Source: a virus (Duplodnaviria > Heunggongvirae > Uroviricota > Caudoviricetes). From it: 21,290 nt of DNA. The notes under the pieces are model-generated. The model did not search any database. It saw only the letters and a list, made by a program, of their open reading frames with translations, and was not told the DNA's origin. The position numbers and the translations under genes were made by a program. Below are positions 8,769 through 16,036 of this stretch, in pieces; the first letter of the stretch is position 1; each line of letters starts with the position of its first letter. The stretch lies in the IMG/VR virus record IMGVR_UViG_2657244961_000005; one strand, 5' to 3'.

Positions 8769-9122
8769 CTACCCCAGATGAGTAATCCGAAGTTCATCCA
8801 TACCACAGGTCCTGGCTATTCTGTTGTACTCCTGAACAAGAGCAAATAATTCTGAATTAGCAACCATGAACTCATCGCAAACCCTCTGTATAGCATCACT
8901 ATTCAGAATAATAACGTCTCTTCCCGAAAGACGATCAGGAGCACAGAACAAAACTGTCAAACGGCTGAAGGCCTTTGCTCGTGCTGCATTGACTATATCA
9001 ATACGCTGCCTAAGGATGAAACACCCCGACGCCTCATCAATATTCACTCTACCCACACCATATGAATGATAAATATTTAATGCTGAAAAAACCATTAGAC
9101 CGTATAACAAACACTCAATCAA
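8769..9122 (-). CDS. Hypothetical protein (108-117 aa), uncertain start
   Basis: ORF begins with TTG at 9122; first ATG at 9095 lacks a clear SD; no family recognised; lies just downstream of the phage tRNA cluster. Confidence 0.3.
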   Translation of the reverse strand: MIECLLYGLMVFSALNIYHSYGVGRVNIDEASGCFILRQRIDIVNAARAKAFSRLTVLFCAPDRLSGRDVIILNSDAIQRVCDEFMVANSELFALVQEYNRIARTCGMDELRITHLG

Positions 9123-9232
9123 TACTTAACAGAACTTTTATTTTTGACAAACATATAATGTTTTCAACAATATCCTGAGCCAGGTATATTCCAGTATAAG
9201 GCTCTGCCGGAAGGAATCTGGAAGAATGAATA

Positions 9233-9309
9233 TGGCGCGCTGTACTGGATTCGAACCAGTGACCGATTGCTTAGAAGGCAATTGCTCTGTCCGGCTGAGC
9301 TAACAACGC
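9233..9309 (-). tRNA. tRNA-Arg (anticodon UCU), phage-encoded
   Basis: 77-nt cloverleaf folded by hand: acceptor GCGTTGT/ACAGCGC, D-arm GCTC..GAGC, anticodon stem ATTGC/GCAAT with loop CTTCTAA, T-arm ACTGG-TTCGAAT-CCAGT, discriminator G, encoded CCA. Confidence 0.85.
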
Positions 9310-9322
9310 TGAATACCGATAA

Positions 9323-9410
9323 TGGACCGCCATCGGGGACCCGCCCCCCCCCCCCCGCACCAACAACCCTGTTATCGTGTCGTCTGCTCTTCCTGATAAG
9401 CTCATGGCGG
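9323..9410 (-). pseudogene. Degenerate tRNA-like element containing a 13-nt homopolymer
   Basis: Perfect 7-bp acceptor-stem complementarity (CCGCCAT/ATGGCGG) followed by T-CCA; D-arm GCTT/GAGC with conserved A14 and GG18-19; but no canonical anticodon arm and a T-arm replaced by a G-run. Confidence 0.35.
9344..9356. repeat. Homopolymeric tract C13 (G13 on minus strand)
   Basis: Read directly from sequence. Confidence 0.9.
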
Positions 9411-9417
9411 TTTGTGA

Positions 9418-9493
9418 TGGTGGCCCTTGCTGGATTTGAACCAGCGACCTGGCGATTATGAGTCGCTCGCTCTCACCACTGAGCTAAAGGACC
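9418..9493 (-). tRNA. tRNA with CAU anticodon (Met or lysidine-Ile2 type; resembles phage ileZ-type tRNA)
   Basis: 76-nt cloverleaf: acceptor GGTCCTT/AAGGGCC, D-arm GCTCAGTGGTGAGAGC, anticodon loop CTCATAA, T-arm GCTGG-TTCAAAT-CCAGC, discriminator A, encoded CCA. Confidence 0.85.
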
Positions 9494-9526
9494 GGGAGCA
9501 GAATAATAACGGTCCGTAATTAATTC

Positions 9527-9556
9527 CGCAATAAAAAACCCGCTCGGTGGCGGGTT
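9527..9556 (-). terminator. Rho-independent terminator downstream of Q (tR'-like)
   Basis: 7-bp stem aacccgc/gcgggtt with 6-nt loop; on the minus strand followed by TTTTTTATTG. Confidence 0.55.
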
Positions 9557-9603
9557 GTAGAAACTCTTCTAACGTCAGGTATAAAAAGCCCATCTTTATG
9601 ACG

Positions 9604-9631
9604 AATTTACCACAGATTCCGGAAAAATCAA
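9604..9631 (-). promoter_or_regulatory. Candidate late promoter (pR'-like) immediately downstream of Q
   Basis: Minus strand: -35 TTGATT (9631-9626), 16-nt spacer, extended -10 TGgTAAATT (9612-9604); terminator lies about 50 nt downstream, as in the lambda pR'/tR' arrangement. Confidence 0.4.
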
Positions 9632-9636
9632 CCTTG

Positions 9637-10458
9637 TTACCTAGTTACCTTTTTTAACTGCCGCTCAGCCCATGCTTCTTCAATATCAAACCGGGTCACC
9701 AGCGCATCATAGAATTTCTTAACTGTTTTTTCCCATGACGCGCGTGTTATCTGGTTTGTCACCTCGCATATAGCATTAAATGCCTCCGTTGATGGTAGTC
9801 TTTCATAGCCACGACCACCACAACGCTGGCAGTCTCTGATAACAGGCATACCACGTTTTACCGACTCTTCACGGTGAATGGCGACACCACGCCCACGGCA
9901 ATCCTTACAGGCGGTGGAAACCTCACCCTTTCCGCCACACTCCGGACAGGCAACTTTTACCACCTCCCTGACTTTTTTCCATTCTTCCCAGTAAGACGGA
10001 TACACACCTTTCGTACACTTTGCCCATACCGGCGGCTTACCATCCGGATACTGGACCTTGTTTGTAAAAACTACGCTTTCAATAAATTTTTCCCCATAGC
10101 AACAAGGGCACTGCTTTTTACTCGCTGCGCTGCGGGCATAATCCTCAAAAGCGTACGAAGCCATAATGCGCATCACTAACGGTTTTATTTCTGCCGGAAG
10201 TTTTCTCAACGCCGCCACACGATCGCACCGACTGAGTGCATAATCTGCCAGTAATTCTGTTGCCCGCGCCCTGTCATTCATACTGATGCCCATTTTCCCC
10301 AGGAACGCAGAAAACCCCATCTCAGCCCGATTCTGTGTCATGCCCTGCGCGGCCATCACATCAGTGATACTCAGCGCATCTTTTGACGTTGAGGCCGATG
10401 CATCGGTCAGGCAAGGGGATTTTGGGGAGTAGTATTTCGGTAAATCTTCCAGTTTCAT
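9637..10458 (-). CDS. Late-gene antiterminator Q-like protein with Cys-rich zinc-finger motifs
   Basis: 273 aa; CPCC...CPECGGKG...CKDCRGRG...CQRCGGRG motifs; position between RusA and the late promoter/tRNAs/lysis genes; 4-nt overlap with rusA (ATGA). Confidence 0.75.
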   Translation of the reverse strand: MKLEDLPKYYSPKSPCLTDASASTSKDALSITDVMAAQGMTQNRAEMGFSAFLGKMGISMNDRARATELLADYALSRCDRVAALRKLPAEIKPLVMRIMASYAFEDYARSAASKKQCPCCYGEKFIESVVFTNKVQYPDGKPPVWAKCTKGVYPSYWEEWKKVREVVKVACPECGGKGEVSTACKDCRGRGVAIHREESVKRGMPVIRDCQRCGGRGYERLPSTEAFNAICEVTNQITRASWEKTVKKFYDALVTRFDIEEAWAERQLKKVTR

Positions 10459-10829
10459 TTTTTGACCTGCTCTTCATGCATTATGGGGTAAATCTTCACC
10501 CCCATACGTCCACCAGATACTGGCTGACCACGAACGATATTGATTTCATCAAACTGCTCATCGTCCATTAACACTCCCGCATGCGTCAGCGCATCCAGCG
10601 GTGCTTTAAGGATATTGTCCAGGTCGCGACGACGCTTATCCGGTGGCTCTGCAATCACCTTTATCGCCAGCCTTCCGGACAGGCTTAATTTCAGCCGCTG
10701 CTGGCGAACAATAAGCGCCACAGCCCGGCGATAACGCTTTCCCTCCTCCGAGATAAAATATGTGCTGCCACGGCGTCGCCAGTAAGTGTTCACCGTCGGC
10801 GGGTAAGGTAAAACCAAATCTATGAGCAT
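10455..10829 (-). CDS. rusA: Holliday junction resolvase RusA
   Basis: 124 aa; N-terminal LPYPPTVNTYW and catalytic-region motif DKRRRDLDN match the RusA family from memory. Confidence 0.85.
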   Translation of the reverse strand: MLIDLVLPYPPTVNTYWRRRGSTYFISEEGKRYRRAVALIVRQQRLKLSLSGRLAIKVIAEPPDKRRRDLDNILKAPLDALTHAGVLMDDEQFDEINIVRGQPVSGGRMGVKIYPIMHEEQVKK

Positions 10830-10841
10830 CAGTCACCTCTT

Positions 10842-11891
10842 TTACCCAAGCACGCCAGTTGCAAAGGCGTGATCAAGAAAACGAAAGATTAAATCAACCT
10901 GAGAACCATGCTTTTCTTCGAACGCCAGCGGATCCGCATGAAGCTCGTTGTGATGCTCCCGACACAGCGGTAGCGTGAAAATATCGTGAGATTTTGTCCC
11001 CATTCCGCCCTGACCATGACCAATCAGGTGATGGGGATCGTCGGCTGGCTTACCACAACACGCACACGGCTGTGTCTTCACCCAGCGTGTGTATTTCTCG
11101 TTAACCCAGCGGCGACGTTTAGGTCGTTTCATAAAAGATTCCGGAGACTCAGGATCAACGGCAATGCTTACCACCGTCTTTTCCTGTAGTGGGTGTTGTT
11201 CCTGGTGGGCGTGAGGCAACAGTGCAAGATTTTTTGTGCGCTGTTTCAGTATGCTGGTGGCGGTCTGCTCTCCCGGTACGATGTCGCTTTCACGGTACAT
11301 TGAGCGGATTTTTTCCGCACGCAACCCCAGCGAACGACGTAATACCGCTTCCGGTAGCGCGTCCGCCACCTGATTGCGGACCGCCCACCAGGATAATTCA
11401 GCCAGAGATAATTCACGCTCCTGCGTACCGCTTATTGCGTGACCGATGACGTCAATCATCCATGCTGACAGGTTTTGATGAGCAACTTGCTCGAGTGATT
11501 CGGATGTCTGGTCACGCAGCTGGTTGTCGCAGTGCCAGCACAACACCATTGCGCCGGTACCATAACGGTGAATGACGGTTTCGCTGTGATGATAATCGCC
11601 GTGTGGCCACTGGCAGGATTTAATATGGCGCAACAGCCAGTCAGACAATGCACCAGCACCACCAGCAGCACGAATCACCCGTGCGTTACTGAAAAACGGC
11701 AGCAATGTTTTGTCTTCCACCAGCGGCTGGCGAGCGGCAGGAACGACCCCGGACGGCAGATTACGCATGCTTTTCGGTTCCGGCTCCACCAGTAACCGGG
11801 TATTGTGGAATACCGGCATGGATTCACGGCCCGGCTTAACGATCACCAGCCCGAGTTCCGGTACCAGAACAGGTCGAAGTAATACCCGCAC
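10842..11891 (-). CDS. DUF968/YdfU-like phage protein with HNH-like Cys/His motif
   Basis: 349 aa; GTG start at 11891 with GGAGG 5 nt upstream; C-terminal CACCGKPADDPHHLIGHGQGGMGTKSHD...CREHHNELH motif; family assignment from memory. Confidence 0.75.
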   Translation of the reverse strand: MRVLLRPVLVPELGLVIVKPGRESMPVFHNTRLLVEPEPKSMRNLPSGVVPAARQPLVEDKTLLPFFSNARVIRAAGGAGALSDWLLRHIKSCQWPHGDYHHSETVIHRYGTGAMVLCWHCDNQLRDQTSESLEQVAHQNLSAWMIDVIGHAISGTQERELSLAELSWWAVRNQVADALPEAVLRRSLGLRAEKIRSMYRESDIVPGEQTATSILKQRTKNLALLPHAHQEQHPLQEKTVVSIAVDPESPESFMKRPKRRRWVNEKYTRWVKTQPCACCGKPADDPHHLIGHGQGGMGTKSHDIFTLPLCREHHNELHADPLAFEEKHGSQVDLIFRFLDHAFATGVLG

Positions 11892-11892
11892 G

Positions 11893-12171
11893 TTACCTCC
11901 AGATGCGTTGCTGGAATGTGTGGGACGGACGCGGTGGGCGTTCGGAGTAAGGCAATCTGACTGAGATTATCCAGTGACGGTAGTCGAGGCTAAGGGCTTT
12001 TTTAACCTCGTATCCGCGCCTGCGGTAACACTGAATTATCCATTCAGCCTGCTCTTCAGTGCATGGTGGATGCTGGAACCAGTCCGATTTGAATGCATGA
12101 AAACGCCGTCCGCACCTGCTGGCAAAGACGGCAGAATCATCAGAATTGTGTAATTTGGTATCGTGCGCCAT
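11893..12171 (-). CDS. Hypothetical phage protein (Rem-equivalent position between hok and the ydfU-like gene)
   Basis: Stop codon 1 nt from the downstream GTG start, suggesting translational coupling; start uncertain (ATG at 12171, or TTG at 12282 in the ORF track). Confidence 0.4.
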   Translation of the reverse strand: MAHDTKLHNSDDSAVFASRCGRRFHAFKSDWFQHPPCTEEQAEWIIQCYRRRGYEVKKALSLDYRHWIISVRLPYSERPPRPSHTFQQRIWR

Positions 12172-12436
12172 CGGTTGTCTCTGCTGGCGCAGCAGGTGCC
12201 AGTTGTTCAGGCTGGCGTATAAAGTATAAATAAACTGGTTCCAGTGTAAAGCCCCTACATTAATGGAATAAAAGTCAAACAACAGATTGTTGGGATAAAC
12301 ACAACGCTTATTATTAAAAGCGATTAGATAAATTAAATTTTAATGTTATGCAATTTTACCAGATCACCATAACATCTCGTTTGAAACCACCAAAACAACA
12401 ACCATATCAATTTTGATTATGTTAAAGTGAGTAAAT

Positions 12437-12523
12437 ATGGAAAACAACAAATCTGCACATTACGCTCCTTTTTTATCTGTGATACTTTTTGTTTTATGCT
12501 GTGTGTGGGCATTATTTTTATAA
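12437..12523 (+). CDS. Possible small hydrophobic peptide (28 aa, MENNKSAHYAPFLSVILFVLCCVWALFL)
   Basis: Hand-translated; single predicted TM helix; weak SD (GTGAG); AT-rich intergenic context; speculative. Confidence 0.2.
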   Translation: MENNKSAHYAPFLSVILFVLCCVWALFL

Positions 12524-12532
12524 AAATATTTA

Positions 12533-12560
12533 CAGATAAAATAAACCCGCCGAAGCGGGT
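12533..12560 (-). terminator. Rho-independent terminator at the 3' end of the hok transcript
   Basis: Stem acccgc/gcgggt with cgaa loop; on the minus strand followed by TTATTTTATCTG; a second hairpin ggcgaggga/tccctcgcc lies at 12601-12622. Confidence 0.5.
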
Positions 12561-12629
12561 TAAGTGCGGGTGCATTGAGGATGCCTGACACATCAGAGGT
12601 GGCGAGGGATTTCTCCCTCGCCTGGTCTC

Positions 12630-12785
12630 TTACTCCTCAGGTTCGTAAGCTGTGAAGACAGCGACCTCCGTCTGGCCGGTTCGGAGTCGTACCTCGCAGA
12701 GGTCTTTCCTCGTTACCAGTGCCGTCACTATGACGGTTAAACAGATGACGATCAGGGCGATTAACATCGCCTTTTGCTGCTTCAT
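12630..12785 (-). CDS. hokD: Hok-family type I toxin (HokD/RelF-like)
   Basis: 51 aa MKQQKAMLIALIVICLTVIVTALVTRKDLCEVRLRTGQTEVAVFTAYEPEE, essentially identical to the HokD sequence as I recall it; an in-frame upstream extension to 12842 (70 codons) covers the expected mok/leader region. Confidence 0.9.
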   Translation of the reverse strand: MKQQKAMLIALIVICLTVIVTALVTRKDLCEVRLRTGQTEVAVFTAYEPEE

Positions 12786-13000
12786 AGCCTGCTTCTCCTT
12801 GCCTTTCGGCACGTAAGAGGCTAACCTACATGTGTCTAGCATGAAATTGGCCTCAGATTAATGTTAAGCGTCTTGCAGGACGCGTAATGTTAACTGGGGC
12901 TTTTCTCTATCTGCCTTTGGTGTTCATGCCTGAGGCAGATAGCCTCAAGCACCCGCAGCAATTCTACTTAACTCACGTCACCTCGCCAATATAAAATCAA

Positions 13001-13291
13001 TCAGAAAGGCGATCCGTAAGAACAACAGCAAGACAATAAATTGCCATTACAGCCGCAATAGCTAGCGCACATTTGAGAACCAGCACGACAACCTCCTGTA
13101 TTGGACGTACACCAGTCCTGATAAATATGAGGCTGTCTCATCATTGATTCAATATAACTATTGGGTATAGTTTCTGTGATTTTGTTCTGTAGAAATGGAA
13201 CACAACAACCAGTCACCACCAGCACTTCTTTAAATACGCCAAGTCCGACGCAAGCTAACCTTCTAGTCCGCTTTGAGCGATCTGTAGACAT
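13001..13291 (-). CDS. Doubtful ORF (96 aa, Cys-rich C-terminus)
   Basis: Only an open frame; no RBS or family support; may be non-coding hok leader/upstream region. Confidence 0.2.
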   Translation of the reverse strand: MSTDRSKRTRRLACVGLGVFKEVLVVTGCCVPFLQNKITETIPNSYIESMMRQPHIYQDWCTSNTGGCRAGSQMCASYCGCNGNLLSCCCSYGSPF

Positions 13292-13402
13292 TGCTAGCAG
13301 CCTTCTGTGTGAATTCTCAGGGAGCAGGTCGGCATAGCATCACGTTGAGGCTCTTACCCTACTTGTTGACACCAACCCTAACTCCACAGACTGATTCATA
13401 AA

Positions 13403-14404
13403 TTAGTAATCTGCGTATTTCGCACTTTTCAGAAATGCTTTCATATTTTCATTAGGTCGCTCAATTTCGAAGTTACTTCCATATAACTCTTGTAATTTTG
13501 GCCATAACTTACTTAATAACCCTCTCCTGCGATAAAATGGATGTATCCAAACGGTAGATAGGTACGGAGAATTTGCATTTGAATTGTTTATTGTGACCAG
13601 CCCAACTAAACATTGTCGATAACCACTATTATCCATTGATTGTATTTCTTCGACGAATGGATACGCGATTACATCAGTCCAACCATGATCGGTTGTATCC
13701 CATTGCATTCCGTCATGACATTCCTTCGACTGATAGCGGCGTAAAGCTACACACGCGAGCTTTTGCCAATCTGGAGAATTAATTGTGATCTCTTCATCGT
13801 ATGACGCGCCTATTGGAGCGGGTATTGGTCTGATTAATCCAGCATGGCATTCATCATAGAACTTCATGTTTCCCTCAGAAACGTTGTGTACGTTGGGTTG
13901 CTCCATGTGTGCGCCATTCAAAAATAGCTCTGATAGTAGTGTATCTACACTGTAATCTTTATTGATTATTGTCGGCTTAGAGTTTTTCTTATTAAGGCCG
14001 CGAGTAACGATTTTTTGATCAATGTTAACAACATGGAATAATCCGTCGGGGAGACTAGCGAACCACGATGGGGCATCGGACCAGAATAGCATGCCTTTTG
14101 TACTTCTTAAGAGTTTAATTAAGTTAATACAAGCTTCTTCACTAGTCTTGCCGTTGATGCGAAGTATGTTAGGACTAAAGTAATATTCATCCATATCAGG
14201 GAATGCAGCTTCGCAAAACTCCTGTACATAATTTAGCACCTGGATTCTACAGAGATCATCATAGCTGGTAATAACTAAGGGGATATCTTCATTACTATTA
14301 TGATTATCAATAATGCAATCTATAGCGAGACTTACTGCTTTGCGTATCACTTCAGTTGAATCTAACGACTCTAAAAATTTTGTCTTTCGTGTGCGAATAT
14401 CCAT
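13403..14404 (-). CDS. Cassette gene B: unknown N-terminal domain plus C-terminal GNAT-like acetyltransferase fold (inferred)
   Basis: 333 aa; ATG at 14404, 15 nt after the stop of gene A; markedly AT-rich (about 25-35% GC in sampled 60-nt stretches versus about 50% in flanking phage genes); C-terminal ...YLSTVWIHPFYRRRGLLSKL...NENMKAFLKSAKY resembles GNAT motif A and the C-terminal helix. Confidence 0.7.
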   Translation of the reverse strand: MDIRTRKTKFLESLDSTEVIRKAVSLAIDCIIDNHNSNEDIPLVITSYDDLCRIQVLNYVQEFCEAAFPDMDEYYFSPNILRINGKTSEEACINLIKLLRSTKGMLFWSDAPSWFASLPDGLFHVVNIDQKIVTRGLNKKNSKPTIINKDYSVDTLLSELFLNGAHMEQPNVHNVSEGNMKFYDECHAGLIRPIPAPIGASYDEEITINSPDWQKLACVALRRYQSKECHDGMQWDTTDHGWTDVIAYPFVEEIQSMDNSGYRQCLVGLVTINNSNANSPYLSTVWIHPFYRRRGLLSKLWPKLQELYGSNFEIERPNENMKAFLKSAKYADY

Positions 14405-14419
14405 GTATGACCTGCGCTA

Positions 14420-15442
14420 TTAAAATTCATGAATGAACGGTTTGTCATCTGGTTGCAAAATGGTGGTTTTATTCGTTGCTACATTTAAACTGTTGTAGAG
14501 CATAATTGCCAGGTTCGATGCATTTTCAATCAGCGTTTCAAGATCCTGGTCTGTAATCACTACGAGGTTCCCTTCTTTATCCTTTCCACCACGATGCACT
14601 AAGTGATTTCGATTGAGGGTTGCCAATTCAATAGCTTCTATCGGACAGTCTTTTTGTACTTTTATATCGAATGTAGCTTCATAGCGGTCGATTACCTTTT
14701 TAGTGCTATGCCAGCTTGCACTGATCAAGTGTTCCTTGATTGACCTGATTAGCTCTCCCCTAATTTTCTCGATGGGTTCACCCTTGAAAGGCAACGCAGC
14801 AATATCTTTGCTTACTTTAAATTCAGTCTTACCTTTTTCTATACAATTGGCTATGTAGACATCATCTTTCTCTATAGAATTAATGAATAGCTCAACATAA
14901 AGCGTTTCCAAAGCTGTAATAACATTCGTGTAGAGCAAACTAAGCAAGTGGTTTTTTTGCTGTTGTTCAGTTTTATCTTTTGCAAGTTTTTTTATTTTAT
15001 CGATATTATCAATGAATTTTAAATACGGATTACCGGAAGACGTTACAGCGTCGTAGATATCATCATCGTACCAATCATCTATATTATTTGAGTTTCCAGA
15101 CCAGTCAAAACATTGTGTTTGTAATTCATCTACTAATTCCTCAATATACTCAGATTTAACATATTGACCGAAGATGGATTGTAGTTCTTCGCTCGCATCA
15201 TACGGCCCGCCATATATGTAAGCATAGCCACCTTCTCTACTTTCATACGGACAAGCATTTGCCGGATCTTCAAAGTTTTCAAAGAACCAGTTTTTCATTA
15301 CTTCGAGTTGATCTTTTTTGCTTATGTATTTTAAAGATTTTAGTGGAACTTTCTTTCCATTAACCTCGAAAACAATTTTCACGATGTAACGCTCCCTTGT
15401 ATCAATTGCGCAACTATTATACCACAGCGAAATACAGGGCAT
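14420..15442 (-). CDS. Cassette gene A: unknown protein with possible C-terminal HEPN-like Rx4H motif (inferred)
   Basis: 340 aa from ATG at 15442, which is preceded by a near-consensus SD AAGGAGG with 6-nt spacing (the ORF-track extension to 15532 is not supported); AT-rich; motif NRNHLVHRGG (R-x4-H) within a helical-looking C-terminal region. Confidence 0.7.
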   Translation of the reverse strand: MPCISLWYNSCAIDTRERYIVKIVFEVNGKKVPLKSLKYISKKDQLEVMKNWFFENFEDPANACPYESREGGYAYIYGGPYDASEELQSIFGQYVKSEYIEELVDELQTQCFDWSGNSNNIDDWYDDDIYDAVTSSGNPYLKFIDNIDKIKKLAKDKTEQQQKNHLLSLLYTNVITALETLYVELFINSIEKDDVYIANCIEKGKTEFKVSKDIAALPFKGEPIEKIRGELIRSIKEHLISASWHSTKKVIDRYEATFDIKVQKDCPIEAIELATLNRNHLVHRGGKDKEGNLVVITDQDLETLIENASNLAIMLYNSLNVATNKTTILQPDDKPFIHEF

Positions 15443-15573
15443 AACCTGCCTCCTTAAACTAACATACCATGAGCCAGCAATGTCCGCTATTGGCACAAAG
15501 CGGACAACCACGCTAGCTCTACCCTGTGCCACAAAATGTCAATTTGCATCTGAACTAATGCACTTTAATCTCG

Positions 15574-15996
15574 TCACTTCAATAAATACCGAACATCACC
15601 CTGATAAAACGACAATATGCGCTGCATAACTTCACTCTTCCGGCACTCGCGACAGATTATGTTCTGACGCCTGTCGTAGCGACGTATTTCTCCGTCAGGT
15701 AATGACCAGATAAGGTCCGGATCAACCGCAGATGGTTTCTTCAGCTTTGCCCTTGAGAGCTTTTTACGGGCATTTTGCCAGTCCTTACGCGCCTGTTCAG
15801 ACGGGAATAACCCGTAACCAGAGTTGCATACATCGCCGCTGGCAACCAGCTCTCTTGCGAGAACGCTCATCAGATATCTTGTCGCACCTGTCTTGACTTC
15901 CAGTTGCCGTAACGTCTCACGCCCACTCTGGCGTACGAGTTCAACAACCTGTCCTTTAATTTTTTCCCGCTCTTCTTGTGTAAAAACTTTTGCCAC
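15574..15996 (-). CDS. Hypothetical phage protein (140 aa), possible winged-helix DNA-binding protein
   Basis: GTG start at 15996 with AGGAGG 5 nt upstream; basic, helix-rich; phage-like GC content; immediately upstream of the AT-rich cassette. Confidence 0.55.
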   Translation of the reverse strand: MAKVFTQEEREKIKGQVVELVRQSGRETLRQLEVKTGATRYLMSVLARELVASGDVCNSGYGLFPSEQARKDWQNARKKLSRAKLKKPSAVDPDLIWSLPDGEIRRYDRRQNIICRECRKSEVMQRILSFYQGDVRYLLK

Positions 15997-16036
15997 AAGC
16001 CCTCCTGAAAATTACCTCATGACCAGAAATTAACAC

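Noticed and set aside
9144-9159. Consensus TTGACA and TATAAT hexamers on the plus strand
   Set aside because: Only 4 nt apart, so they cannot form a sigma70 promoter; no plus-strand gene downstream.
10986-11964. Several 67-87 aa ORFs overlapping the ydfU-like gene
   Set aside because: Embedded or antisense to a long gene with a conserved motif; no start signals.
15443-15532. N-terminal 30-codon extension of cassette gene A given in the ORF track
   Set aside because: The internal ATG at 15442 has a near-consensus SD at ideal spacing, which lies inside the putative extension.
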